A DNA stretch of 64,000 nt from Geosiphon pyriformis uo1. Lineage: Eukaryota; Fungi; Glomeromycota. The translations under genes and the position numbers were made by a program. The stretch covers positions 1,121,518-1,185,517 of the forward strand of contig JAAOMT010000664.1 in NCBI GenBank assembly GCA_016748015.1, read 5' to 3'. The notes beneath the pieces are model-generated. The model was given only the letters and a program-made list of their open reading frames with translations, was not told the origin of the DNA and searched no databases. The stretch's first letter is position 1. Each line of letters opens with the position of its first letter. Positions 12,401 through 26,900 of the stretch are shown in pieces.

Positions 12401-15400
12401 ACAGAAGGAAGAACTTATTTAGAATTCCAACCAAGCCTGAGAAACTGACAACAACCAGGAAGAGATAATAAATTGGGAGTAGAAAAAAAATACAAAAGGA
12501 AAGAGAAAGGGGAAAGAAAAAAAACCAATATTACACACCACTACTACTTATAATTACTATACCTATACTGCATCACAATGATCTGCCTATTGCTGACCTA
12601 AGCTTATATGTACTGATTGTGACAAGAAATTGTTATTAATGGGTGCATGCTGTAGTGATAATGAGGAATACCTAATGGCAACAAAATTTTATTGCTGTCC
12701 ATGTGTCATTGAATGCTTTGGAAGACCAAAACGAGTTGGAAAATGGGATAATGAGCCATGCTTGGCTTGTGGTAAAACTTTCCTTGACAAAGGAATGTAG
12801 AATAACATTCCTGGGAGAGGAGGAACCTGCAATGAATCGTGTTAGTACACAATTCTCATAAGTGACTGAGTGCAAAAGGAAACACTCATAGATGCTGCCT
12901 GAAGATGAACAGTTAAACATCTGGATGACTGTCTACACAATAATGACAAAATTTGGCAAATAACACTTGCCAAAATCAAAAGAGCATCACCAAAAGAAAT
13001 AAGAATAATCAAAAATAACCTACCAGAAACCATAGAACTCGACTGGGATCCAGAACCAGTTATAAATCTCTTGGACTCAGAACAATTCTATAAACACTAT
13101 CAAGAGCTAGCACTTACAAGAGAAGAACAGGAACAACACTTAGAAGAAATTAACACTTGATTATGTGACCACTGTTTGATTCTATGTGACTTTTAATATT
13201 GTAATGAGTGTGATCTTATTTACAATCTATCACCACACATGATCTACACAATCCCAGAAGAGGAAGAACCAATCAGCAGATGTGCATTGGAATTAGAATC
13301 AAATTTTAATTCCAATTCAAACTCTGATAATGACAATAATAAAAACAATGGTTCCAGTTCCACTCAATACCACCACAAAAATAACAATAATTCAGACTTA
13401 GATTCAAACTCCGAAACTTACATTATGCTCCCTAATCTCACTAAAGAACAAAAACTTAAATGGTTTAGTAATAATGATGAAGGTATTATGCCAGAATGTG
13501 TACATGATACTGATACAGGATTTGATCTGAGATATTTGAGAAAAAATTCCATCAAATTGGAACCACACTTGTGCACCTGCATTGATCTCAAAATAGCACT
13601 GGAAATTTCAGCAACAACAATAGTTCAGTTAGCATCTAGGAGTAGCTTAGCAAAAAAGGGAATCAACATCAGAGGAGGAATAATTGATGCAGGATATGTA
13701 GGAAATATCATTGCTATGCTACAAAATGACTTAGAAAAGACATACACCATAGATCCAAATGAAAAGATAACACAGGCAATATTTCTACCTCTGGTTAAAA
13801 TAGCTAAATTAGTATCAGTAGGAAACAGAGAAAAATTAGGGATAACAGCAAGAGAAATATAGGGATTTGGATCAACGAGTAGAATAGATGTACTAGTTAA
13901 TATGGCAAAGAAAGAGGTTATTGACAAAAGAAAAATTATTTCAACCCATCAATCAATTTCCATTCTACCATGTGATCAGTATATATTAGCTATAAGAAAA
14001 AAAGTAAAAAATTAAGCTCAGTTGTTTGAAGCAGAAGCCACTATTTGCAAATCAGGAGAGATTGAACTCACTAATTTCTATATATCAGTCAAAAGCCCCA
14101 AAAACATCAAAATTTTCATTTACAACACAATGAAAAGTGTCATTAAAATACCAAAGGGAACCATTATTAGATATTTAACCACTGAAGTTGAGGATCAACC
14201 ACCAAACCACATTTCAGATTTTCCACAGCTTTGCAGATATGTAGACATTACATCACAAATTATCTATAGACAAAGTGAATGTTATCTGCTCCAACTAAAA
14301 CAATTGGAACACATAAACATAGAAAATCTAGACCCACTCTAACAGATACAACTAAAGATATTACTCAGCAATTTCAATGACATCTTTGCTAGTGAAAATG
14401 AATTTGGTCATATCAATATCATCTAGCATTAGATCAAAACTAGAGATATAATGCTAATTAAACAAAGAGCATACAAAATACCACCAGCTAACCATAAAAT
14501 CATTCATTAAGAAATCAATCAGATGCTTGACAATGAATTAATTCAGCCATTAATGAGTCTATGATTATTACCAATAGTACTAGTCTAGAAGAAAAATGGA
14601 AAAATCTATTTTTGTGTGGATTATTGAAAACTGAATGGAGTAACTAAAGGTGATAGTTATCCAACTTCAAAGATTTAAGAACTATTCGATGCTTTTGGAG
14701 GAAATAAATGATTCTCGATACTGAATTTAGATAGTGGTTACTGGCAAATAGCCATAAATTCAGCCAACAAAGAGAAAACAGCATTTACTACAAGAGAAAA
14801 AAATTTTGAATTTGAAGTCATGCCATTTGGTTTGATGAATGCTCCAGCAATATTCCAATGGCTCATGAAAATTGTCTACACTGGATTACTATAGAAATCA
14901 GTAGTTATATACTTAAATAACACTAATGTGTTCTCAAAAACATTCAATGATCATTTACATTATCTCCAACAAGTGTTCGAAAGATTAAGAAAAGCTGGAT
15001 TGAAACTAAATGCAACCAAATGTTTCTTTGGAAAAACTGAACTCAAGTTTTTGAGACATGTTGTGAGCAAAAATGGAATAAAAACGGATTCAAACAAGAT
15101 TAAGATTGTCAAGAACTTTCCAGTACCAAATAATCTTACAGAATTAAGAGCATTCTTGAGATTTGCTGGATACTACCACCACTTTATCAAAAACTTTTCT
15201 AAGATAGCTCAATCATTACACCAACTCCAAACAAAAAACACCAAATATAAATGAACAGAAACTCAACAAAACACATTTAACATGCTGAGAAGAAAGCTTA
15301 TTCAAGCTCTAGTATTAATGTATTCAGATTACAGCAAACCATTTATCATTACCACTGATGCATCTGGTCAAGCATTGGAAGCAGTATTGTCACAAAAAGG

Positions 15401-15712
15401 ACTGGATGGACTAGAACATTCAATAGCTTATGCCAGTAGAAGCTTAAGTCCAGCAGAAAAGAACTACAGAATTTCAGCACTGGAACACTTAGCCATCTAC
15501 TAAGCTGTTACAAAATAAAAAGAATACTTGAGTCAAAAGTTTGATGTGTACACTGATCATAAAGGATTGACTTCAATCCAAAAACAAAAATTTGCAAATG
15601 ATTCTCATGTCAGATGAAAAATAGAACTTTCACCATTCAATTATACAGTACATTATAAAAAGAGAAAAGACAATAGAAATGCCAATATCTGTTAAGAATG
15701 AGACAAATTTAA
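9469..15712 (+). pseudogene. Gypsy A gag-pol pseudogene (N-terminal helical domain, capsid, CCHC, protease, Cys-rich domain, dUTPase, RT, RNase H)
   Basis: ORF fragments 9469-9816, 11691-11990, 13239-13862, 14022-14342, 14928-15254, 15282-15503 (TTDASG...YASRSL). Confidence 0.9.
13480..13885 (+). pseudogene. dUTPase domain in Gypsy A pol
   Basis: Trimeric dUTPase motifs: TGFDL, SRSSLAKKG, GIIDAGYVG, EKITQAIFLP, R..GFGST. Confidence 0.92.
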
Positions 15713-15742
15713 AAACATTTCAACTGAAAAATATAGCAAAAG

Positions 15743-17110
15743 ATGAATATACAAAAATACCAACAAATCCAAAATTATATAAATACTCAATTGTTTAAAG
15801 AGAAATTATCTTAAAAGAAACAAAAGAACATAAAACAACAATAAAAATATTTTATCAACCATCAAAATATACTTTACCAGAAGAACAGAAGAAATTCAGA
15901 TCAACTAACCAAAGTAATCACAGAACCAGAGAAAGAGACAATATTGTTTAACATGCACTCAGATCCAACAGTAAAACATTTTCATAAAGAAACAACAATA
16001 AAAAGAACCAAGAAAAGATACTATTGGCCATCTATGTATCCAGACATTATCCAATATGTTCAAAATTATGATGCTTGTCAGAGAAAAGGAGGAACAAAAT
16101 CCAGTAAATCATTAAAACCAATCAAAGTAGGACAACCATTTGATCATATCAGAATTGACTTAGTCAGACCATTAACAATCACCAGCAGAGGCAACAGATA
16201 TATTGTAGTAGCCATAGATTATCTCACAAAATGGCTGGAAACAAAAGCCATTCAAAGAACAGATGCAGAATCCATTGCTGAATTCATCCACCAAAATTTG
16301 ATATGTTGATATAGATGTCCAAAAAAACTACTATCAAATCAAAGAACTCACTTTGTGAATAGAACATTAGCAGAATTAAGTCAAAGATTTGGGATAAAAA
16401 GACCATTATTATCACAATATTATCCACAAACAAATAGGTTAGTTGAAAAGTTTAACAAAACACTGTGTAAAGTAATAGCCAAAATCAGCCAAAAAAACCA
16501 GGACGAATGAGATTTGATTATATCATCAGTATTATTTGCTTATTGGACAATAAAGCAAGACACTACACAAACAATACTATTCAAATTAGTATATGGTAGA
16601 ACAGCAACATTACCAGTTGAAATAGAAGTCAAGACATATTTAACAGAACCAATAACAGAAGAGAATTTTCAAAAAACATTGCTAAGAAAAACATATGACT
16701 TAATAGAAACATTAAAAAACAAATAACAAAAAGCAGCTGATAACATTCAACAGTCATAAGAAAAACAAAAAGAAAAACATAATAACCAACTATTAGAGAA
16801 ACCAGTTGAATTCAAGATTAAAGACAAAGTACTTTTACATCGTACCAAAGTAGAAAAACAATAGAGTGGAAAATTTGACCCCAAATAGAACAGACCATTT
16901 CACATAGAAGAAATTCTTGGAAATAGAGCTTATAAATTAAGGTTGAATAACAAAATCTTAACCAAAGCAGCACATGGTGATCGACTAAAACAATATCACC
17001 AGATAGCATCATCATCCACCAGTAATATTCCACAATTAGAAGTACAGAAAATACTAGTTCAACTAGATGAGATTCCATGAGATTTGGAATCAATCATAAT
17101 CATTGGACAA
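15743..17110 (+). pseudogene. Gypsy A integrase (own ATG)
   Basis: H...HF...RYYWP zinc-binding region, PFDHIRIDLV, IDYLTKW, GPY/F-like C-terminus. Confidence 0.85.
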
Positions 17111-17179
17111 ACCATGTAAAATTGAACAATAAAAAGAGCATATAAAAACATAATAGATGTGACAAAAGACTTCAGAAAA

Positions 17180-17808
17180 ATGGAAATTATAGACAATATC
17201 TACTTACTAGCACAACAACTTTTTTAACTGATTCAACAACAGAATATGGAAATCACTATCAATCAATAACCATTCGATACCAAGATACCAGAAAAATACC
17301 CAAATACAAAAGTCAAAAGAAAACAGAAAACACTATTGACAAAATGGTTCTGAAAATAAAATTAGCAATAGAAGAACCAACAAGTGTTACCACATATCAA
17401 GAGTTAACCAAAGAAACTTGAAAATGGTAAATACACGAATTTTCAAAGAATTTTTGTTACTTCCACTTGGAACAGCACTTGAACATTCAAAACCTATACA
17501 CAGATAAAACAAAATGATTATTCGACACAACAATACTACAACAACTGGAACAATTTGTGAGAAAAAACAATTTGGATACCCAAGCAAGAGTCATTTATTG
17601 GCTACATACTATATTTCAAGACAGACTGGAAATCTTATTTAATCTGGAAATAGACTCTATTATAGTTAACCAAATAGAAAAAATAACCAATACTCAATTT
17701 AAAGAATTACAGAACAAGATAACACAACTAATTCTTAAAAAAGAAGTTCAAAAAATACTTAACAACAGAGAAATAAAATTAGGAGATCTTGATAGTGCTC
17801 AATATTAA
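17180..17808 (+). pseudogene. Gypsy A ORF3 (unknown function, between integrase and PPT)
   Basis: MEIIDNIYLLAQQLF start and ARVIYWLHTIF...IVNQIEKITNTQFKEL end are homologous to B ORF3. Confidence 0.7.
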
Positions 17809-17821
17809 AAGAAGGGAATAA

Positions 17822-18700
17822 TGTTACTTATAGAATATAGGAAATATATATTAGCATAAATTAGCCAATCAGAGACAGCCATAGTAAATGTGAAATTTTA
17901 GGATTCTATTCAGGAGAAATTGCAGGATTCTAGGAATTTTAGGATTCTCATATAAGGAATCACAGGATTCTAGAATTCCAGGATTCCTCTCAAGAGGAAT
18001 TGCAGGATTCCAGGAATTCCAAAATTCCTGGTATAAAGAATTGAAGAATTGAGGAATCTCAATTATGTATATATAACAGTAGTGCTAGAAGTAGAAAAAA
18101 CAAAATCCAAGAGTTAGAGACCTCTCAGTTTAGATTTAAATCTAAGCAAAACTTTCATATTATCAATAAATAATTATTCTATATCTTCAATCCACTCTTC
18201 ACTATCAACATTTTATGTTGATAACAATTGATATTTAACCATATTGGAACAATAGCTTTTAATTATGGCTATTGATAAAATACTAACTTGCAAAATCACC
18301 TTGGCTTATTTTATTTTTTTTATTTTTTTTATTTTTTTTTGTTATTTCTTTTGTTATTTACTAAATTAATTAGGAAGTAAGTGCTAAAGTATTGACATTA
18401 TAGATAGTCTGATAAAAGACCCAAATATAAGAGTAGAATTATATATATATTAATAGATAGCTTACTAGAAGAGCATGACTGTCAGATTAAACCAGCCACT
18501 ACACTAAAGACAGAAATTGGGAAAACCATCAGAGAAAGTAACCAAAAACAACCATAGTAAATCTCTGTCTATTATACAAAGAACTCTGCAACAAATCTTC
18601 AGATCCACTAAATTTTCAGACATCAACACTAGAATACTAAACCAGCACCAAGTTATGGATTTGTTATTTGCTTTGAGAACCCAAATAATCATCTGTAACA
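17822..18700 (+). repeat. 3' LTR of Gypsy A
   Basis: TGTTA...TAACA, preceded by PPT aaaagaagggaataa, followed by TSD gcag. Confidence 0.95.
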
Positions 18701-21700
18701 GCAGCACTACCATAAGCACCCACAAACCCCAAATCCTTGACTGAGCCATCAGTATAAACATCTATAAAACAAGATCTAAACTGCACAAAACAATCATTAG
18801 CAAACCCAAAATCATACAAGAACCCACTTGGAATGGAACAATAATCTACAGTACTACTACCAACCAAACCACTGTCCTCAATAAATTTAACTGTAGAAAC
18901 AAACCAATAAGAAATGTGGCCTCTGGAATGCAATCTCTTCTATCTGCAAAATGTGCACCACTTGAAGCACATACTGCAATGGTTCAGAAGCTGGTTTGCA
19001 AAGACAATGCCAAAATTTTGTAAAGACTTAACTACACTTAAGTAGCCTTTAACACCTAATACATCTGCAATAAGAACACTGATACCAGATCAAAAAACAT
19101 TAGGAACATCATTGATTAAGGAAGATCCACATGACACTAATGTGTTAGTCATGCCAGCCAGAAAGCAGTTTGTGGGATTGATTGACAATATGACTAAAAA
19201 ACTAAGGAGTTGTTAGAGCATCCAGCTAACAGCCTGTAGATCCATAGTCCTGTGTTCGAACAATCTGCTGAGAACACCCTTCAAGTTGGCAAAATTAACC
19301 AAATTAGCTAGCAAGCATTCTGTCTGCAATTGACCAAATAACTTTAAATCATAGAACTTAGGATGATACAAAGCCTCACTGAGAAAATCTTTGGGTAAGT
19401 TAGCTTTGAGCTTTAAACCTTTTCTCAACAATTTGTTCCATCTTTCACACACACTTGACAACACATAAGTAAACTAAATTTTGTAGCAAACTATGAGCTG
19501 AAATACCACAGACACTAGATACAAAAATTGTTTATCTGAAACAGCTTTTTTCAGAACCATATTCATAAAAAATCTAATGTTTGAATGGGCCTTGCTCAGA
19601 CTGGGTTTAAAAAGACCATTTATAGATAAAAAAATTCCCAAATATCTGTGAGATTCATTTTTCTTAGCAATCAAAATATTGGACTCACTAATCTGCAGCT
19701 AAGGGCACTCCACTTTCTAGTTGATTGGTATGACTACTGTCTTATCTGTGTTGATTGAAATGTTATTGACCTGAAAGAACTTGCTAGTTATATTCAGAAT
19801 ATTCTGAGTAGCAGTTCTGCTATTACCAATTCAAATAGTGTTATCTACAAAGACCCCAGCTGCCAGAAATAAAGTCCACTCACCCTTGGAATTCTACTTG
19901 CCAAATCTAGTAAAAAACTTCAAGTCCAATCTGTATTCATATAATTCTTCATGTTTTTTGACTTTGCAGAACAAAGAATCATAAAAAATCCTTTACAATA
20001 ATGATGAAAAGACTTCCTTTTAATCAAGACTATTATGGACAACATAACTTCGCATTAGCCCAAAATCTGTTATTACTTGATTGGTATAGCCATTGTGTAT
20101 ACTACCAAAGAACTTAATAAAATGGGAACACATCTTAATCCTGGTTAGACTGTTCAACATATGAAACTATTCAACAGAGTCATATGCTTTTCGCATATCC
20201 TGAAGAACCAGCCACAACTCCTTATCTTTTTCCAGTGTATCTTCAACAATTGAACCAACAGTGAAAATTGGAGTCTAAGTGGATGTTCCTTTTAAGACTG
20301 AGAAATATTATCATGCAACACATTGAACCTACTGCATACTGAAAAGATTCTGTCAGATAAAATTTTGGAGAGTATCTTCTGGGCTGTCTCAATCAAAGCA
20401 ATTGGTCTGGTGTTGATAAGAGTTCCTTCTCAATCATATGGTTTTGGTATTATGGAGACCTAAGCTCACTTCCATTGTGCAGGTACAGCACCAGAGACCA
20501 AACAAGCATTAATAATATTTAGCAAACCACCCAGAATTAGTTCATCACCATGTTTCTAAAGCTCATTAGGAATGCCAGAAAGACCAGCAGCTTTCTTGTC
20601 AAGCAAACTTTTGATCACCCAAAAAAACTCATTAGAACTAATATTACTTATAACATCACAAAAAGTATTGTTATCAACATAATCCAAAGGAGCATACTAA
20701 TTAGACCATCAAATAGATATGAAGTTGAGGATTGCACACTTTTTTGTCTATCCTTCCATAATATTATCAACTGTGAACTTAACCTCATCAGGCAACAGTA
20801 TCAGATCATTATTTATAATTAGATGGTCAAGCACTATCTTGTGAAATAGACACTCCAAAACACTTCTGATTATTTGCTCTTTATTGGAACAAAAGTTCTT
20901 TATACATTTCTCAATCACTTTTTTAATAAGTATATCTTTTACAACTCTAAACTCAAAGTATTTGGATCTGTGGTACTTTTTTTTGATATTTAATAAGTGA
21001 CATAAAATAGAGTCCAAATTCACACCATTATTAATCATGTTATGCAAACTAAAAGCCTTTTTTTTATCAATACTGGACCAAGCTCTGAATAAGCGATCAG
21101 TCTCAGAACTACCAGGTAATCTTAAACACTTCACCAACTTAACTCCCAACAATTCCAGTTTGAAAAATTTTGATGAATGTTTATTTCTTGAGCAATCAAA
21201 CTCACTAAACCAGTATCTAGAGAACATTTTATCAGTGGTCCCAACTATTATGTTCTTAAAAATTATTCACATAATATCCAAATCCCAATCAACTTTTGCA
21301 CTGTTAAACTCAACAAATTTAACCAAAAATCTGTTTAGTAAGCATTCCCTAAAATGTAACCACTTTTCAACACCAACATCCTTGATTTTGAATTTCTATC
21401 TATCTCTATTAGCTTGCTTACATTCACTATTAAGGCTAGTATCTAGTAGACTACCCAAGTCAATCAAGACCAAAACAGCATTGTGATCAGTATTAAAGAA
21501 ATTAGAAGTGAGTTCAATCTGATGACCAGTCACCACAGAAGACAGACTTTTATTCACAAAAATAAAATCAATAAACCTTTTAACATCCCTTGAATTGTTC
21601 CAGGTAGAAGCATTGACAAGTAGATGCCTAGTAAATAAATTAACCAAATCAAGATCTGAGCAAAACTTGAAGCTCACACTTTTCCTAGAGCTATTTTCAT

Positions 21701-22895
21701 TGAAATCCCCATCAAGAACCACAAATGTGCTAGAATTAACAGCCTTAGCAATAAAAGAGTTGATTTCTGAAGCCTGACCAAACCTATTTACAGCAGAAGC
21801 ACTAGCATACAAGCCCAAAACTGCAACAGAAAGCTTGTCTTTAAAGAGAAGCCATACTGAAATAACCTGACCAGAAATGTTCTCAATCTTAGAAACATAA
21901 CAAGCCAAAGAACTGTTCATGATAATAGCCACCCCAGCACCAAAAAACTTTTTATCCAAACCAGATAAAAAGACATGTATTTTCTCAAACTTGTTTATAA
22001 TCTAAGATCTGATGCCAGGTCTCAACTTTGTTTCTGTAATAAAAGAGATCATATTTTCAGACTCTTTATGCCAACAAACAACATCCACTTGCTTGGTAGG
22101 GACGTTAATACCTTGAACATTACATGTAGCAAACCTCCACACTAGCTCTATTATTGAGAGAAAGAAGCAGCAAGAACCAAACCAGTATTATCCATTTTGG
22201 CTGAAAGACCTATAACCATAATTGCAAGATTTTTTAAAGTGTCCTTTATTTTCCCAATAACAGAATTATCAAAAACTACTGCCCCTGCAACAGTTTTACC
22301 AGTAGTGGCCACACTTAAATTTTCACTTATCACTATATCTACCCCTTGATTCTGTGATGAAGGGATCACCAATGGCTGACATCCAGAGCTAAGCTGGGAA
22401 ACCATTAGCACAGGTGTTTTCAACCTCTTAGCCAGCTTATTAACATGCTCTACAAGGCTGGCAAGACTGCACTCAAAAGTGGCAAATCTATTATTGATTT
22501 TTATTGCAACTGGTAAAAACAGCTTTATTTCTGAAGAGGAGCCAACATTTACTAAAACAATTCAGCCAGAAAAAGGGGAAGAAGAAAACTTACCTGCAAT
22601 TTTTGTCCAAGAAAGGCCACCAAAAAAAATAGAACAAGCAACCAGAACAGATTGTTTAGAGTATATTACAGTCAGCCTGTTTTTATCTGCATCTAAAAGC
22701 ACTCTACGCAATAAACTACCAGGAGAAACCTTCTTACCTACAGCACAGCTTAATGATATATGACCCAACTTCTCACACTTGGCACATCTGGTAGAAACAA
22801 GACTAAACCAATGTAAATTAGTGCTCTTGAGCACAGGTGTAGTTTCTATGACAGCATTCAAAAACTCAGCAGAATCAAAACAAACAACAGTACAC
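18701..22895 (-). mobile_element. LINE copy 1, middle segment (end of ORF1, APE endonuclease, RT, start of RNase H)
   Basis: FATCNVQG, GDFNE, TDH endonuclease motifs; LQDMRKAYDS and FVDN RT motifs; DVYTDGS RNase H; ORF1 CCHC (CAKCEKLGHISLSC). Confidence 0.93.
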
Positions 22896-23933
22896 TGTTA
22901 CCTGAATAGAAAAACCAATCCAAAGTTATGAAGAAACGTGACCAAAACATGACATAATACAGAATAATGCGCAATAATGTTGGATAACGCATTATAATGT
23001 AGAATAACATGTTATAATGCAGGATAACACAGAATAACATGTAATAATGTCAGATAATGTGTTATAACATAGGATAACTACCAATAACATAGAAAAACAA
23101 AGCAATAACAAAAACAACAAAGCAATAGCTAGCAATAGTGAGACAATTAAAAACAATCCTGTAAAACCAAAAGAATGTATAAAAGCAAGTAGTTGTAGAA
23201 GTGAGAAAAGACAGAGAAGAAAAAAATAGATACAAATCTCTAGACCAGAAATTAAAATATCCATACCCCTTCATCCTTTATTATCTTCCCTATTTCATTT
23301 CCTGAAATAAACCAATTATTAAAAAAAATCAGAATCATGAATTCATGTTTTCAAACTTCGTGAAATTTACGTAAATTAACCCTTGTCTTATACCTCCGTT
23401 CTAGAACAGATGCTCTTAGCATAACCACCTCGAACCTATTAACGATTTGGACCAATTGCTCTTGATTATGGCAATTGATGATATTAATTTATTTTTTCTC
23501 TCTTTTCTTTTCTTTTCTTTTTCTTTTTCTTTCTGTTTTAATTTTTTGTGGAGCGGCAACATAGTAAAATCGACTGTCTGGGAATAGACTTCATAATAGC
23601 CTGGTAAAAGAGGGAAGCTCCCCCTAAGTTTTGGATATTAACATTATCTTGTTAGCTTACCAGAAGGGTGAAAAGACAATGCCAGACCCTAACAACTGCA
23701 CTTATTAGCTCAGAGAAGAAAGCTCACATTTATGAAAAACATTGCAATCGACAAAAAACAAACTCTGTGCCTTATAACCAAAGAACTCAATGGGTAAAAT
23801 TCACATCCAGGAATAGACTTTCAGAGACTGATAATTAAGACTAAGCCAACAGAATTACGCAGAAGACACATCATCAATAATTGAGAACACTAAACATTAC
23901 TATTTCCCATATCCACCAAGTTTACCCATAACA
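22896..23933 (+). repeat. 5' LTR of Gypsy B (~1040 bp)
   Basis: TGTTA...TAACA; direct repeat of 31990-32164 joined to 40026-40948. Confidence 0.95.
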
Positions 23934-23935
23934 TT

Positions 23936-23952
23936 TGGTGCTTCCTGTAAGG
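23936..23952 (+). promoter_or_regulatory. Primer binding site of Gypsy B (TGGTGCTTCCTGTAAGG)
   Basis: 2 nt after the LTR end; similar to the PBS of A. Confidence 0.8.
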
Positions 23953-23989
23953 TTATAAATCCACAGAGACAGAGCACCCCCAAAAATAC

Positions 23990-26900
23990 ATAAAAGTGGT
24001 GATTATTGGAACAATAGAAAAGGACCACTCCTCATACAGAAAAGCACTATTTCAATACTTTTGAAAAGACCTAGTAATACCAGTAGGAACCACTTATGCA
24101 GAAAGTGATTTTTGTAACTATATCAACACAAAAATTGACTGCTTGTTAGGCCATATAACTGATACAAGAAGACTTGGAGAACAAATCTATCAAAGCTTAC
24201 TAGGGTACTCAACAGCCACGACTACCCGAGCAATCGCTGAAACTTTGCACATAATCGATACAGACATTAAATATTACGTGGCACAACAATTTTCTCAAGT
24301 ACAACAACCAATGGAATTCGACCCTGAGGAATACAAAAACAAATCTAACACCCCTGTAACTGTCCAAGCCAAGTTTACGGTCAACAAAAAACCAAGCGTC
24401 CTCTCCCTAACAACTCCATTATATTATCAGACATTCCAAAGCAGAATTGTATTCAACCTACCCCTGGAAACCCAGTCGGAAACACCACAAACTCCTGGAA
24501 ATCCACACCCTTGGAATCAACACAGTTGAACCAAATCACTAGGAAAATACGAATTGCTGTTTGGAAATCTTACCCCAGCAGCCGGTCAAACAGAAGAAAA
24601 CCCGTCAACTTGGGAACAGCCACCAGCACAAAACCTAGTAGAATCAGCATCTCCTCTGACAGAAGAAACAGCTATCTTACAACTTATTGGTTCAAGCAAC
24701 AAAGGAAAGCAACCAGCATTAGCACCCAGAGAACACTCGAATACGCAGACACCAATCCCTTTAAACATAACCAGTAACACCCCACCCATTAACCGGATCA
24801 TGGCTTACCGAGATATTGCTAAATTGGAAAAATTCTCTGGTGAAGAAGATAATGCATATTCTTAGATTGCAGATGCCGAGAAAGCAATTACTGCTAATGG
24901 TTGAAACAAAGACTGCACAGTTCAGGCACTGCCATTCTTTCTGACTAGAACCACCAATTCGTGGTACCAGAGCCTGGCAGAGAAGCCTACCTCTTTTACC
25001 GAGTTTAAACTCGCATTTCTGCAATACTTCTGTGACCCCAATATGTTAATCTGATTGCAAAATCAATTCACCATAATTAAACAAAAAGATCATGAAGCAG
25101 TAACTACTTATCTCAGATGATTCAATCAAATCCTGTGTCAAATATTAGCTATCAAAAGAAACTACTACATCGTGGCACAAGTTTTTATTCAATTCATTAA
25201 AAGATTGCAGAGTAGTATTCTAAGATCCGTAAGACTCTGCCATCCGACCAGTTTACAAGATGTCGTCACTCTCACTTGCAATTTTGAGTCTGCAGAACAA
25301 GAAGTGAACCATACCCAAGCCGTTAATTTAGCCATTAACGGAACCTCTGACATCAATGTAAAGATAACCCAATTGAATGAAAAACTAACTCAGAAAATTA
25401 AGGGATTCTTAGCCGGAACTACAGGAACTTACCAACCACCCCAATGGAAAGAAAATAACAACAACAGCAGATACTCACAGCAACAGAACTGTCAGCAACA
25501 GCAACAACCTTAGAGATCCAATCCCCACAACTGCTACTACTGCCAGAAACCTAGACACATTGCTCATGACTGCAGAAGGAAGATCATGGACCAAAATCAA
25601 AGAAACCCATACCAGAAACCCAGATATCAGCAAAACATGGTACCCCAATATTCTATACCTCAGAATCAACCACCTCTATATGCACAACAAGTCCCGTACA
25701 CTCAACCACCACCCCAGAATTATTATCAACCACCACCAATGACACAAGCAATCCCTCACTATCAAACTTTCCCTTACAGCCTGTCCAGACCTTGAGCTAT
25801 AGACTATAATCAGAGATGGAGGAATTCCAATAACAATCAGGTACAAACCAACAGTAGACCATCTCGACCAATCCCTCGCGGTCCTGCCCAATTTCGACCA
25901 ACACCAACTGAATACCCAAATCAAGCTTCCTATCTCGGTCTTATGGAAGACCAGGGTTTTGATAAATCTATGCCTGTGGAAGGGGGAGATATAGAACAAA
26001 TTTCCCAACCTTCCAAGCAAACAAAAAGCAATATCCCACTAGCCACTATTACCAAAGACACCACCTTAGCCGCCATATTTCCTTTTGACATTAATAATTT
26101 GAACACACATAGCCTTTTTAGTGGAGCAGCCATCAATTAGGATAAACCAATAACGGCCCTATACACCAATGCCAGAGTCAGAGGAATAGACATTAAATTA
26201 ATCCTGGATAGCAGATCAGCCAGTAGCATAATCACAAAGCAGCTCATGGACCAACTAGGTCACCGAGTAGACCATGTTGCTACTGCCTGGATCATTACAG
26301 CAAATGGGAACACAAAAACCCCAATAAGAGAAATTGACAACTTCCCCTTCGAGATTAATAGAATCTAAATCTCTACCAAAGTACTCATCATGAAAGCTAC
26401 TCAATATCAAGCTCTAGTAGGAAACAACTGGTTGTCAAAAGCCAATGCTACTTTCAACTGGAACACCCAAGAACTTCAACTCATGTTCAATGGACAGCAT
26501 GCCTAAGTCCCAGCTATGTGCAGACACTTTAAAAACCAACGTACTGAGGAACCCCTTATTGAATTCAAAGACACATCAATGCCACCAACCATCGAGACCT
26601 ATCAGGTTTCATGGGCAGATGATTATTGAACTGAACTACCCCCACCACCAACCTGAGAAGAAAAAAGAAAAGGCAGAGCCGAAGAAGAACCCCAATTGTC
26701 ATCACTAGAATACGTAACCTCGGACCAAAAAAACTTATTTTACCAACTCCCAAAATTAATATGTGTCGATTGTGGAAAAAAACTATCCACTATGGGCACA
26801 TATATCAGAGACAACAAAGAATGGCCCACTGCCACCAAATACTATTGCAGGCCTTGTTTACTGGAAAGATTTGGATGACCAAAACGACAAGGCAAGTGGA

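Larger units (their letters stand above)
8528..18700 (+). mobile_element. Full-length decayed Ty3/Gypsy element A, inserted in the RNase H region of LINE copy 1
   Basis: Paired LTRs 8528-9406 and 17822-18700, 4-bp TSD gcag, PBS at 9409, PPT at 17807; gag, protease (LILDS), dUTPase, RT, RH and IN fragments with many stops. Confidence 0.95.

Noticed and set aside
22858-23274. Hydrophobic minus-strand ORFs in LTR B (also 31883-32134 and 39995-40283) as membrane proteins
   Set aside because: They are by-products of A-rich 10-bp repeats read antisense, and their frames are not consistently preserved between the LTR copies.
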